Shown here one piece after another: positions 25,085-34,807 of a DNA stretch of 43,959 nucleotides. The notes under the pieces were generated by a model. The model had not been told where the DNA came from and did not search any database. It was given only the letters and a program-made list of their open reading frames with translations. This stretch comes from a virus: the UHGV virus genome UHGV-1376934, one strand, 5' to 3'. The translations under genes and the position numbers were made by a program. Every line of letters starts with the position of its first letter. Within the stretch, counting starts at the first letter, position 1.

Positions 25085-26464
25085 ATGAGATTCACCAAGA
25101 TGTTGGACTTAATTACGAATGTCTTGAATAAGGATGCGGACACGCAGGTGGATGTGTGCCTGACATCCCAGATGGCGGACCGGATTGAACTGTGGACAAG
25201 AATGTACGAGAACCGGTCCCCGTGGGTCAATGGAAAGGATGTGCTCAGTGCCAGCCTTGCCCCGGCCATCGCCTCTGAGATTGCGCGTCTGGTGACGCTG
25301 GAACTTAAGTCAGAGGTGACAGGTGGGCCAGCGGCGGATTACCTGAATGGACAATATCAGCGTAAGGTGCTTAAGGACCTGCGCCGGTATGTGGAGTACG
25401 GCTGCGCGAAAGGTGGCTTGGTCATGAAGCCGTACATCACTCGGCAGGGGATTGAGGTACAGTTTGTACAGGCGGACTGTTTCTTCCCATTGTCTTTTGA
25501 CAGTTCCGGACGGATTATACAGTGTGTGTTCACGGAGCAGTTCCGTAAAGGGCAGAAGATATATACCAGGCTGGAGATACACACGCTGCAGGGGAGCCGG
25601 GTACACATCACCAACCGTGCGTTTGTGGCCACCAATGATTACAGCCTTGGCAGTGAGGTGACTGTAAGCTCCATTGACAGATGGTCGGAACTGGTTCCGG
25701 AACTGTCCCTGGAGGGTGCGGACCGGTTGCTGTTCGGATACTTTAAGGTCCCTCTGGCCAATGCGGATGATTCTGACAGCCCCCTGGGGGTATCCGTGTA
25801 CTCCAGGGCCATCGGGCTCATCCGGGAAGCGGACCGCCGGTATTCCAATATCTGCTGGGAGTATGAGGGTACACAGCTGGCCGTGCATATAGCGTCATCG
25901 TTGCTTAAGTACAACCAGGCCCGGGATAAGTTTGAGTACCCTGGAGGTCACGAGCGGTTATACCGGGATGTGGAATATAATACTGGAGCTGCAGATAAGC
26001 CATTCATTGATACATTCAGCCCAGAGATTCGAGATACAGCTTTATTTAATGGATTCAACAACCAGCTAAAACTGGTGGAATTCAACTGTAACCTGGCTTA
26101 CGGTACTTTGTCGGACCCGCAGAGCGTGGATAAGACCGCCACTGAGATTAAAACCAGCCGGCAGCGCTCCTATGTGATGGTGTCCGATACCCAGATGGCA
26201 TTACAGGATGCCCTGGAGGACCTGGTGTATGCCATGGGCTTCTGGGCGGCACTGTATGGGCTTATTCCAGCCGGAAGTGATTATGAGGTATCATCTGACT
26301 GGGATGACAGCGTGATAATGGATGCCGAGACTGAACGGCAGACTGACCGGGCAGATGTGGCTATGGGGGCACTCAATCTGTGGGAGTATAGAATGAAATG
26401 GATGGGGGAAACGGAAGAACAGGCAAAAGCAATGATACCTGACCCCGCATTGGTAGACGAATAA
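25085..26464 (+). CDS. Portal protein.
   Basis: 459-aa ORF immediately after terL and before the head morphogenesis genes (synteny). No internal contradiction. Confidence 0.7.
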   Translation: MRFTKMLDLITNVLNKDADTQVDVCLTSQMADRIELWTRMYENRSPWVNGKDVLSASLAPAIASEIARLVTLELKSEVTGGPAADYLNGQYQRKVLKDLRRYVEYGCAKGGLVMKPYITRQGIEVQFVQADCFFPLSFDSSGRIIQCVFTEQFRKGQKIYTRLEIHTLQGSRVHITNRAFVATNDYSLGSEVTVSSIDRWSELVPELSLEGADRLLFGYFKVPLANADDSDSPLGVSVYSRAIGLIREADRRYSNICWEYEGTQLAVHIASSLLKYNQARDKFEYPGGHERLYRDVEYNTGAADKPFIDTFSPEIRDTALFNGFNNQLKLVEFNCNLAYGTLSDPQSVDKTATEIKTSRQRSYVMVSDTQMALQDALEDLVYAMGFWAALYGLIPAGSDYEVSSDWDDSVIMDAETERQTDRADVAMGALNLWEYRMKWMGETEEQAKAMIPDPALVDE

Positions 26465-26471
26465 AAAGCGC

Positions 26472-26512
26472 TTGACTTGTTGCATGTAACATGATATAAC
26501 TGTTACATGCAA
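26472..26512 (+). promoter_or_regulatory. Promoter TTGACT-17-TATAAC embedded in a perfect 12-bp inverted repeat TTGCATGTAACA-n9-TGTTACATGCAA. Operator-like. The ATG of the next gene lies inside the right arm.
   Basis: Hexamers and palindrome read directly at 26472-26512. Confidence 0.45.
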
Positions 26513-26701
26513 CAGGAGGTGAGAACGATAGCTGAACATAGCAGAGCTGATTATTTCAAAGAACGCCGCGAGAAATACAAAGCGTTCCATGTTGAAGTTG
26601 AAAGAGAGAAAATGGAGGCTTTTGAAAATAAACTTCACATGAAAAAACAGACAAAAAAAGAATGGCTTGATGAAAAAATCAGTGAAGAAATAAAAAAATA
26701 A
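26507..26701 (+). CDS. Small charged hypothetical protein, 64 aa. Possibly a leaderless transcript.
   Basis: ORF begins within the palindrome and promoter. AT-rich. Confidence 0.35.
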   Translation: MQQEVRTIAEHSRADYFKERREKYKAFHVEVEREKMEAFENKLHMKKQTKKEWLDEKISEEIKK

Positions 26702-26823
26702 GGAATTCCGCCCCTACCAAAGTTTGGAATCCCTTATTGACACTTAGAAGTTTCCTTCCATGAAATATCATATCATGGATTGAGACTTCTTTCAAGAACC
26801 TAATTTTGAAAGGAGTTTTTATT

Positions 26824-27036
26824 ATGGCAAGAGTAAAGAAAACCATGCAGTTAATTGAGAAATCTATTGGACGAATCAATAATAATTATGATATGTGTAC
26901 AGAGAATATAGAGGATATAAGAAAAGCAAGTCGAGATTTCTACGATTTAATTTGTTATGGATTTCGGTTTGGCTATATGCAGGGTATGAAAGCCACCAAA
27001 GCAGAAATGGAGAAGGGCGGTGCTGTGAATGGGTAA
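26824..27036 (+). CDS. Small hypothetical protein, 70 aa.
   Basis: aaaggag RBS before ATG 26824. Confidence 0.4.
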   Translation: MARVKKTMQLIEKSIGRINNNYDMCTENIEDIRKASRDFYDLICYGFRFGYMQGMKATKAEMEKGGAVNG

Positions 27037-27667
27037 GATGATAGATTTGACAGGGCAACGCTTTGGACGATGGACAGTTCTTGAATATGTTGGATACGAA
27101 AAAGGGGTGATGTGGAGATGCAAATGTGATTGTGGAACTGAAAGGAATGTTCGTTCAGACCATTTGCGATATGGAAAAACTATATCCTGCGGGTGTTTCA
27201 GAGCAGAAGTAACAGCTAAAGAAACGGGAAAGAAAATTCAAAAACATGGTATGTGGAATACTAGATTATATCATATTTGGCAGAGGATGAAGCAACGATG
27301 TAGTCCATCTTGTCCTAAACATGAAATCCATAATTATTATGATAAAGGAATTAGAGTTTGTGCTGAATGGGAAAGTGGTTTTGAATTATTCATGAATTGG
27401 GCATTATGTAATGGATATAAAGAGAATCTTTCCATAGACAGAATTGACGGAAATAAGAATTATGAACCATCAAATTGCAGGTGGGCAACAGCAAGGGAAC
27501 AAACTAATAATCGGCGGAATACGTATTTTGTAGAGTACAAGGGGAAAACGAAAGCCTTAACAGATTGGGCAGATGTATTAAAAATCGCTCCATCCACACT
27601 TAGTAATAGATTAAGACGAGGGATGTCTGTAGAAGATGCGTTTGAAAGACCAGTTAAGAAAAAATAA
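27029..27667 (+). CDS. HNH (HNH_3-type) homing-endonuclease-like protein inserted between portal and minor head genes.
   Basis: SIDRIDGNKNYEPSNCRWATAREQTNNRR matches the HNH_3 pattern. Upstream Cys cluster CKCDCG...SCGC. The gene is AT-rich relative to its neighbours. Confidence 0.6.
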   Translation: MGKMIDLTGQRFGRWTVLEYVGYEKGVMWRCKCDCGTERNVRSDHLRYGKTISCGCFRAEVTAKETGKKIQKHGMWNTRLYHIWQRMKQRCSPSCPKHEIHNYYDKGIRVCAEWESGFELFMNWALCNGYKENLSIDRIDGNKNYEPSNCRWATAREQTNNRRNTYFVEYKGKTKALTDWADVLKIAPSTLSNRLRRGMSVEDAFERPVKKK

Positions 27668-27734
27668 TAGCAGAGTAAAAACACATTGTTCCGGCGGTGT
27701 GTTTTTTCTTTTGTATTGACAGAGGAGTGATGCC

Positions 27735-29471
27735 ATGACGCCTGAGGAATTGGAAAAACTGCCAAAGCCATTAGAACGCACCATGACGGACCTTGAACTG
27801 TCTATCATGGATGAAATCATACAGCGCATCAAGGAGGCCGCACAGATTACTCCAGTCATTGACTGGCTGCTGGTCAGGATGGATGCCATTGGTAAGAGCC
27901 GTAGCAGCATCAGACAGATGATTGGCAAGGCCCTGGAAAAGACGGACCTGCAGGTGGATGACATCTATGAGCAGGCAGCGCGGTCTGATTATATCCGCAA
28001 TAAAGCAATCTATGAGGCTGCCGGCAGGGACTATCTGTCTTATAAGGATAACCAATGGCTCCGGCAGGTTGTGGACGCTGCCAGGAGGCAGACTAAGGAC
28101 AGTCTGAGGCCCTTGGAAAACATTACCCAGACCACGGGCTTCAACGTGCCGATGGGCGGCGGCAGGAAAGTGTTTACACCGATGTCCGAATACCTGGAGC
28201 GCAGTCTGGACAAGGCCATGCTGGGAATCACCACTGGCACCAGGACATATAGCCAGGCTATAGGTGAGGTGATTGACGAGATGACGGCCAGCGGCATCCG
28301 GACAGTGGATTATGCATCCGGGAAGTCTGACCGCATCGAGGTGGCAGCCAGGCGTGCGGTAATGACCGGTGTGGCCCAGATGACGGATAAAGTCAACGAA
28401 AAGAACATGGAGGAACTACAGACAGATTACTGTGAAGTAGACTGGCACATGGGCGCCAGGAACACCGGGACCGGATATCTCAATCATCAATCGTGGCAGG
28501 GTCGCGTGTATTCTTCGGAGGAGATGCGGACAATCTGTGGAAAAGGACAGATGTTAGGTTTTGGGGGAATCAACTGCTACCATATAGCCTTCGTATTCAT
28601 CCCAGGTATATCCAAACGTAAGTACACGGATGAGTGGCTGGCGGAGCAGAACCAACGGGAAAATGAGAAGAAACCTTTTCATGGCAGAGAGTACGACACC
28701 TATTCGGCCCTGCAGTATCAGCGCCGACTGGAGCGTACTATCCGGAAGCAGAAGCAGGATGTGGAGCTTTTGGAAAAGGCCGGAGCAGATAAGGAGGATA
28801 TTACGGCGGCTAAGTGCCGGCTGAGGTTGACCAATAAGACTTATGTGGATTTTTCTAAGGAGATGGGCCTGCGGCAACAGCGGGAGAGACTGAAGATTCC
28901 AAAACTGACCGATGGCAGGCTATTGGATAAAAACCGTATAAAACTTCCAGATGAGATTATGTCAGTCAAAGGGATGACAGAAGATGAACGTATCCGCATT
29001 GAAAAAACCATAACGGTAATGCAGAAAAAATATGACATCCGGATTGGGGAAATATCAGTAGAATCAATGGGAGTGAAAGAAAAGGGAACATATTTCATTT
29101 CTGGTCCATACATGGACGGAAAGAACCTAAAAATGGCACTGGTAATTAACAGGGATATTGATTATACTGGTATTGACAAAAGGATAGGAGAAGGATATGG
29201 TTCAGGCTATCTTGCTGCTAGAAATCTGGAAGATAGCGTTAAACATGAATTGGCTCACGTGATGACCTTTCAGGGATGTAATACCTACGAAGAATATCAG
29301 GCACTAAAAGAAAAAATACCGTTCATACCGGGCATTTCAGGATATGCTGATAAATGTAAAGATGGAACGGAATCGCTGGCAGAAGCTTTTGTAAAAATGC
29401 AAAACGGAGAAAAGGTACCATTGAAGGCCAGAATGCTTGTTAATAAATATATTGGGAGGTGGAAAAGTTAA
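27735..29471 (+). CDS. Minor head protein of the MuF / SPP1 gp7 family. It has a low-GC C-terminal extension carrying an HExxH motif (toxin-like or peptidase-like domain).
   Basis: N-terminal two-thirds is MuF-like and follows the portal. C-terminal region about 28900-29471 is AT-rich and contains KHELAHVM. Confidence 0.65.
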   Translation: MTPEELEKLPKPLERTMTDLELSIMDEIIQRIKEAAQITPVIDWLLVRMDAIGKSRSSIRQMIGKALEKTDLQVDDIYEQAARSDYIRNKAIYEAAGRDYLSYKDNQWLRQVVDAARRQTKDSLRPLENITQTTGFNVPMGGGRKVFTPMSEYLERSLDKAMLGITTGTRTYSQAIGEVIDEMTASGIRTVDYASGKSDRIEVAARRAVMTGVAQMTDKVNEKNMEELQTDYCEVDWHMGARNTGTGYLNHQSWQGRVYSSEEMRTICGKGQMLGFGGINCYHIAFVFIPGISKRKYTDEWLAEQNQRENEKKPFHGREYDTYSALQYQRRLERTIRKQKQDVELLEKAGADKEDITAAKCRLRLTNKTYVDFSKEMGLRQQRERLKIPKLTDGRLLDKNRIKLPDEIMSVKGMTEDERIRIEKTITVMQKKYDIRIGEISVESMGVKEKGTYFISGPYMDGKNLKMALVINRDIDYTGIDKRIGEGYGSGYLAARNLEDSVKHELAHVMTFQGCNTYEEYQALKEKIPFIPGISGYADKCKDGTESLAEAFVKMQNGEKVPLKARMLVNKYIGRWKS

Positions 29472-29692
29472 TGCTGAAATTGCCAAATTGTGATTTTTGC
29501 CAATATTATTTGGATAACAACAAAAGTAAAGTTTGCTGTCAGGCGTTTCCACAAGGAGTCCCATTAGAGGTGATGGTAAAAGCAGAGCCCGGGGTCGAGT
29601 GTGCTCCAGGATATACCTTTTTAGAAAGGAAAGATGATAAAGTTTACGAAGAACCACCAGAAAACGGATTGTATAGTAGAATATTAAGATAA
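29471..29692 (+). CDS. Small Cys-rich protein, 73 aa, immediately downstream of the MuF extension (immunity-like position).
   Basis: gggaggtgg RBS. TAATG overlap with MuF. CDFC...CC...C. AT-rich. Confidence 0.45.
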   Translation: MLKLPNCDFCQYYLDNNKSKVCCQAFPQGVPLEVMVKAEPGVECAPGYTFLERKDDKVYEEPPENGLYSRILR

Positions 29693-29811
29693 ACACCATC
29701 GGTCAGTAAATGGCAGGTGGTATTTTTATACCCAAATTTGCCCGGAACGGCGTAAAACTACCACCACAAGGGACGCGACCCCGTAGAAAAGCGTAGTGAG
29801 AAAGGAGCAGT

Positions 29812-30345
29812 ATGAAACGTAAATTTTTAGAGGACATGGGCCTGGCCAAGGAGCAGGTGGACAGCATCATGGCTGAGAACGGGAATGACATTGAAGCTGT
29901 CAAGCAGGAGAGGGATACATACAAGACCCAGCTTTCCACGGCGCAGTCTACCCTTAAGAGCTTTGAGGGGGTCAATATATCGGAACTTCAGGGGAAGATA
30001 CAGACCTTGACCACAGACTTGGCCAACAAGGACGCCGAGTACCAGAAGCAGCTGGCAGAGCGGGATTTTAACGACCTGCTGAAGACTACCGCAGAAGGGT
30101 TTAAGCCCAGGGATATTAAGGCAGTTATGCCCTTTTTGGATGTGGAGAAACTCAAGGGGAGCAAGAACCAGGAAACAGATATCAAGGCTGCCTTGGAAGC
30201 CGTTAAGAAGGATAAGGGTTATCTGTTTCAGGACGTCAGTATTCCCCGGGTGGTTGCGCCTACTCCTGGGCCTGGTGGTGAGAAAACAGATGACACAAGG
30301 ACACAAGCAAACAATGCCCTGAGAAGTATTCTGGGCAGAGAATAA
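29812..30345 (+). CDS. Scaffolding protein.
   Basis: Coiled-coil, acidic 177-aa protein directly upstream of the major capsid gene. gaaaggagcag RBS. Confidence 0.65.
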   Translation: MKRKFLEDMGLAKEQVDSIMAENGNDIEAVKQERDTYKTQLSTAQSTLKSFEGVNISELQGKIQTLTTDLANKDAEYQKQLAERDFNDLLKTTAEGFKPRDIKAVMPFLDVEKLKGSKNQETDIKAALEAVKKDKGYLFQDVSIPRVVAPTPGPGGEKTDDTRTQANNALRSILGRE

Positions 30346-30356
30346 GGAGGTAAATT

Positions 30357-31544
30357 ATGCCAGTAAATATTACAAGCAGGGCCGACGCGGAGGCCATCAT
30401 CCGCGAACAGGTCATATCAACCATTTTCCAGGATGCACCGAAGCAGTCCACATTCATGTCCCTGGCACGGAAGCTGCCGAACATGACAAGTAACCAGACC
30501 CGGATGCGGGTGCTTGACTTCCTGCCGACTGCATATTGGGTGGACGGTGATACCGGGATGAAACAGACCACCAGGCAGGCCTGGGATAACGTATTCATTG
30601 AGGCTGCGGAGCTGGCAGTCATCGTGCCGATTCCTGAGGCAGTTCTGGATGATGCAGAGTTCGACATTTTCGGTGAGATTACACCGCGGGTCAACGAGGC
30701 AATTGGCCAGCGCGTGGACAGTGCGATTATTTTCGGCGTGAACCGCCCGCGTAACTGGCAGAATGACATCATCACGCTGGCCAGGCAGGCGGGTAATAAC
30801 GTGGCTGTAGGTTCCAGTCCGGATTATTATAACCTGCTCCTGGGTGAGGGCGGCGTCATTTCCAAGGTTGAGGAAGATGGGTTTATGGCAACCGGTGCGC
30901 TGGCTGCCATGACCATGAGGGCAAAACTGAGGGGCATTCGCGCAGAGGACGGCAGTCTCATCTTCAAATCTGATATGCAGGGTTCCACGAATTACGCGCT
31001 GGATGGGGCGCCCATGTACTTTCCGCAGAACGGCGCCTATGACAACACCATTGCGCAGCTGATTGTGGGCGATTTCAAGCAGGCGGTATATTCCATCCGC
31101 CAGGATGTGACGGTGAAGATTCTTGACCAGGGCGTCATCCAGGACCCGACAACGAAGGAAATCGTCTACAACCTGGCGCAGCAGGATATGGTTGCCCTGC
31201 GTATCGTATTTCGGATGGGGTGGGCACTGCCTAACCCGGCAACCAGGATGGACGAGGACCGCGTAGGCTGTCCATTTGCATACCTGGAGCCGACAAGCCC
31301 AGCTGTTACCCAGAAGGTTACCTTTACGGTTAAGGACAACGCCGAAACCCCAGCAGCTATTGATGGGGCAATTGTAGACGTGAATGGTTCCAGGGTTAAG
31401 ACAGACGCGTCCGGCGTGGCGGAGTTCAACCTGCGGGCAGGGACATATCCAGCGAAGATTAAGAAGTCAGGCTACAGCCAGGTTACCGAGAACGTGACCG
31501 TAGCAGATGTGGCAGTGACAAAGGATGTAACCCTGGTTAAGTAG
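30357..31544 (+). CDS. Major capsid protein with a C-terminal Ig-like decoration domain.
   Basis: 395 aa after the scaffold gene. C-terminal segment VTFTVKDNAETPAAIDGAIVDVNGSRVKTDASGVAEFNLRAGTYPAKI is an Ig-like / carboxypeptidase-regulatory-like fold pattern. aaggagg RBS. Confidence 0.7.
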   Translation: MPVNITSRADAEAIIREQVISTIFQDAPKQSTFMSLARKLPNMTSNQTRMRVLDFLPTAYWVDGDTGMKQTTRQAWDNVFIEAAELAVIVPIPEAVLDDAEFDIFGEITPRVNEAIGQRVDSAIIFGVNRPRNWQNDIITLARQAGNNVAVGSSPDYYNLLLGEGGVISKVEEDGFMATGALAAMTMRAKLRGIRAEDGSLIFKSDMQGSTNYALDGAPMYFPQNGAYDNTIAQLIVGDFKQAVYSIRQDVTVKILDQGVIQDPTTKEIVYNLAQQDMVALRIVFRMGWALPNPATRMDEDRVGCPFAYLEPTSPAVTQKVTFTVKDNAETPAAIDGAIVDVNGSRVKTDASGVAEFNLRAGTYPAKIKKSGYSQVTENVTVADVAVTKDVTLVK

Positions 31545-31560
31545 TAAGGAGGCCAAAACG

Positions 31561-31932
31561 ATGCAGGCTTACGCAGATGAAATGTACTATATCAACGATT
31601 ACCTGAAGGGGAGGAAGCCGGTCATCACAACTGGCTTCCATTTTTATGTCAGGTCAGCCAGCCAGGTCATTGACCGGTATACATTCAACCGCCTGAAGGA
31701 TGTGGTAGAAATCCCAGATGAGGTACAGATGTGCTGCTGTGAACTGGCCGAGTCTGAGTACTGCAGAGAGAAACAGCAGAAGGAATCTGGAGGGAAGGTA
31801 TCTGAGAAGATTGGGACTTATTCGGTCAGCTTCGGAAGCGTACAAGAATCGGCGCAGGCCACAGCCAAGGAACAGCGTAGCATTGTCATGAAATGGCTGG
31901 AAGATACCGGCCTGTGTTACCAGGGGGTGTGA
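31561..31932 (+). CDS. Head-tail connector protein (gp6-like).
   Basis: Position and size within the head-tail joining gene series. Confidence 0.5.
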   Translation: MQAYADEMYYINDYLKGRKPVITTGFHFYVRSASQVIDRYTFNRLKDVVEIPDEVQMCCCELAESEYCREKQQKESGGKVSEKIGTYSVSFGSVQESAQATAKEQRSIVMKWLEDTGLCYQGV

Positions 31933-31933
31933 T

Positions 31934-32314
31934 ATGTATACCAATGCAGATGTGACGCTGTACTTGTACAGCAAGGATGGGAAGGTGGAGAAGTACACCA
32001 GGATGTCCATAGAGGGCGTGTACTGGGAGGATGTGAGGCAGTCCACCTATCTTAAGACTGGCCAGCGGGACGGCACATCCGTCCTCCTGGTCATCCCACT
32101 GGAAAGTCTGGACGGTCCCATAAAACTGACACAGGGTAAGGACCTGGCTGTCAAGGGCATCATTGAGGATGAGATAGACTGCAGCAGCCAGGAGGCCATG
32201 TCGAAGTCTTTGACGGCCCTTAAGGCGGCCCATGGATTCCTGACAGTGGTCACGGTAGATGAACGGCTGTATGGCAGCGAGTCCGTGCAGCATTATGAGC
32301 TGGCTTGTAAGTAG
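31934..32314 (+). CDS. Head closure / head-tail adaptor protein.
   Basis: Synteny. Tightly packed ORF. Confidence 0.45.
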   Translation: MYTNADVTLYLYSKDGKVEKYTRMSIEGVYWEDVRQSTYLKTGQRDGTSVLLVIPLESLDGPIKLTQGKDLAVKGIIEDEIDCSSQEAMSKSLTALKAAHGFLTVVTVDERLYGSESVQHYELACK

Positions 32315-32325
32315 GAGATGAGACT

Positions 32326-32751
32326 ATGAAGGTGGAATTCAACATCAGCACTGCGGAAACCATCAAAAGAAACCACGGCTTACAACCTGAAGGGCCCGTG
32401 CAGAAACTGGTAGACAGTGAGGCCATGCGGTATATGAGCGACTACATGCCGCGCAGACAGGCAGGGGAGCTGGAGCATATGATGGTCATGGCTACGGTAA
32501 TTGGCTCCGGCCAGATTGACATACCTGGTCCTTATGCGCATTATTTGCATGAGGGCATTTTATACGTGTCCCCGACAACGGGTAGTGCTTGGGCCAAAGA
32601 GAATGAAATCAAGGTTCCCACAGACCGGGAGTTGACCTATGCCGGCGCCCCTATGCGGGGCAAGAAGTGGTTTGACCGCATGAAGGCCGACCATAAGGAT
32701 GATATACTGCAGGCGGCCCAAGCCCTGGTAAATAGAGGAGGGAAGGTATGA
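32326..32751 (+). CDS. HK97 gp10-like tail-component protein.
   Basis: Synteny. Confidence 0.45.
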   Translation: MKVEFNISTAETIKRNHGLQPEGPVQKLVDSEAMRYMSDYMPRRQAGELEHMMVMATVIGSGQIDIPGPYAHYLHEGILYVSPTTGSAWAKENEIKVPTDRELTYAGAPMRGKKWFDRMKADHKDDILQAAQALVNRGGKV

Positions 32752-33197
32752 CAATCATAGATTTTATGCGCCAGAAACTGACAGAGTATCCGAAGATATC
32801 GGAGTTCCTGGTTGATGGAGATATCCATGTGGATTTCACGGAGCCGGGCTCCAGTTATGGCCTGTCCAGCAATGGGGACAGCCTTGTCAAGGAGGACATG
32901 CTGGGGAACCAGACCCGGCGCCACAACTTTGCTATGTACGCAGTGGTACCGTCCTTTACGGATTACTGCCGGCTGGCCAATAGCAATTTTTTGTTGGAGC
33001 TGGGGTACTGGCTGGAGCAGCTGCCCGAAGAGGGTGGCCTTACTGCCAATATCGGAGGACAGGAGCTGGAAGCAAGGTTCCTGAAGGCAATCACATCCAA
33101 CGCAATGGCCATGCAGCCCATGGGAGAGACAGTTAACGATGGAATCCTGTACCAGATACAGATACAGGTGACCTACAAAATAGAAAGCGAGGTATAA
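32748..33197 (+). CDS. Tail completion protein.
   Basis: Synteny. ATGA overlap with the upstream gene. Confidence 0.45.
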   Translation: MTIIDFMRQKLTEYPKISEFLVDGDIHVDFTEPGSSYGLSSNGDSLVKEDMLGNQTRRHNFAMYAVVPSFTDYCRLANSNFLLELGYWLEQLPEEGGLTANIGGQELEARFLKAITSNAMAMQPMGETVNDGILYQIQIQVTYKIESEV

Positions 33198-33199
33198 CC

Positions 33200-33736
33200 A
33201 TGCATAAAATGCAGTTACAGCTGTTTGCGGAATTAATCCCTGCGGCTGGAAAGATTAAAAGGAAATGGATGGCACATTATATCGATGCAGCCCTCCCATC
33301 CGCCAATAAGGCTGATTATAGCCGCCTGGGGAAGGACCTGGAGGAGTACATCGTGGAGATGAACGCCAACGTGGAGACAAGGAACAACATATGGGGGGAG
33401 ACGTCCGTAAACCTGGACAGCTACCAGCCCCAGGCATCCACAGACCCGTACTATGCCGAGATTGGGGAGCCATTGTTTGACCGCTTGCAGGGGATTGTGG
33501 ATGAGCGTCAGACGCTGGATGATTTAAAAACCAGTGTGGTGGAGGTTCATCTGTGGGACCCGGTTGAGGCGGCAGACGGCACATACGTGGCTTACAAAGA
33601 GGATGCAATCATTGAGGTATCCAGCTATGGCGGAGATACTACAGGGTACCAGATTCCATTCAACGTGCACCACACCGGAAACCGGGTTAAGGGTAAGTTT
33701 GTACTTGCGACAAAGACGTTTACAGCAGATGCATGA
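33200..33736 (+). CDS. Major tail protein (siphovirus type).
   Basis: 178 aa, directly before the chaperone pair and tape measure. No sheath gene present. Confidence 0.6.
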   Translation: MHKMQLQLFAELIPAAGKIKRKWMAHYIDAALPSANKADYSRLGKDLEEYIVEMNANVETRNNIWGETSVNLDSYQPQASTDPYYAEIGEPLFDRLQGIVDERQTLDDLKTSVVEVHLWDPVEAADGTYVAYKEDAIIEVSSYGGDTTGYQIPFNVHHTGNRVKGKFVLATKTFTADA

Positions 33737-33797
33737 AGAGCAATGCCGGCGGCCGATTCTGTGCCGCTGGCAGTCAAAGAAGAGGAGGTAATATCAG

Positions 33798-34247
33798 ATG
33801 GCGAAAAAAATGAAGAGTCTGTTATTTGATGACGGCTATGAGAGCTTTGCGGTAAATGACGACCCGACCCGGATTATCCGGTTTAACCCGGCGGACCCGG
33901 AAATCATCAACCGCGTGCTGGATGTGCAAAGACATTTCAAGGATTACAGTCCCCCGGAGGGTATAGAACTGAACCCGGACGGGACCCCTAAAAGCGATAT
34001 GGAAAGGGACGGTGCATACGTGGCTGAGTTCTCCGGGGAGATGCGTAAGGCGTTCAACGGCATCTTCCTGTCAGATGTATATGACACGATTTTCGCGGGG
34101 CAATCCCCTTTATGTATTGTTGGCCAGAAATACCTGTATGAAGGGGTACTGGATGGCCTGCTTGTGCTGATGCGGCCAGCTGTCGAGGAATACAGTAGAA
34201 AGAACCGAGAAAAGTCCATGAAGTATCTGGAGGATATAGAAAAATGA
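33798..34247 (+). CDS. Tail assembly chaperone (gpG-like).
   Basis: Acidic 149-aa protein between the major tail protein and tape measure. aggaggtaatatcag RBS. Confidence 0.55.
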   Translation: MAKKMKSLLFDDGYESFAVNDDPTRIIRFNPADPEIINRVLDVQRHFKDYSPPEGIELNPDGTPKSDMERDGAYVAEFSGEMRKAFNGIFLSDVYDTIFAGQSPLCIVGQKYLYEGVLDGLLVLMRPAVEEYSRKNREKSMKYLEDIEK

Positions 34248-34807
34248 TTGGCCGGTTACCAACCAGCCTTGATGTGGGCGGGGTAAGATATCCCATTGAA
34301 ACAGATTACCGGAACATACTTGTTTTCCTGGCTGCCTGTTCCGACCCGGAGCTTTCGGCCCCGGAGAAGCTGGAAATCCTCATGAAACGGTTATACAGGG
34401 ATGGATTTGGGCAGATACCTCAGGAATATCTGGAGGAAGCTATCCTACAGGCCAAGTGGTTCGTGGACTGCGGCCAGGAGGAGGACGATAAGAAGCCGGC
34501 CCGGAAGGTGATGGACTGGGAGCAGGATGAGCCCATTTTGTTCCCGGCAATCAATAAGGTTGCGGGGATGGAAACCAGGGCGGCCCCATACATCCACTGG
34601 TGGACCTTTTCTGGATATTTCATGGAGATAGAAGAGGGTACCTTTTCCACGGTTCTGGGCATCAGGCAGAAGAAAGCCAAGGGTAAGAAGCTGGAGAAGT
34701 GGGAACAGGAGTTTTACCGCAACAACAAGAAACTCTGCGACATCCGGAAACGGTATACCGAAGAGGAACAGGCGGAGATTGATTATTGGAATAACTTATT
34801 GGGTTAA
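34244..34807 (+). CDS. Tail assembly chaperone, second ORF (gpT-like), in the -1 frame relative to the upstream chaperone.
   Basis: Overlaps the upstream gene at GAAAAATGA. -1 frame relationship. Confidence 0.5.
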   Translation: MIGRLPTSLDVGGVRYPIETDYRNILVFLAACSDPELSAPEKLEILMKRLYRDGFGQIPQEYLEEAILQAKWFVDCGQEEDDKKPARKVMDWEQDEPILFPAINKVAGMETRAAPYIHWWTFSGYFMEIEEGTFSTVLGIRQKKAKGKKLEKWEQEFYRNNKKLCDIRKRYTEEEQAEIDYWNNLLG

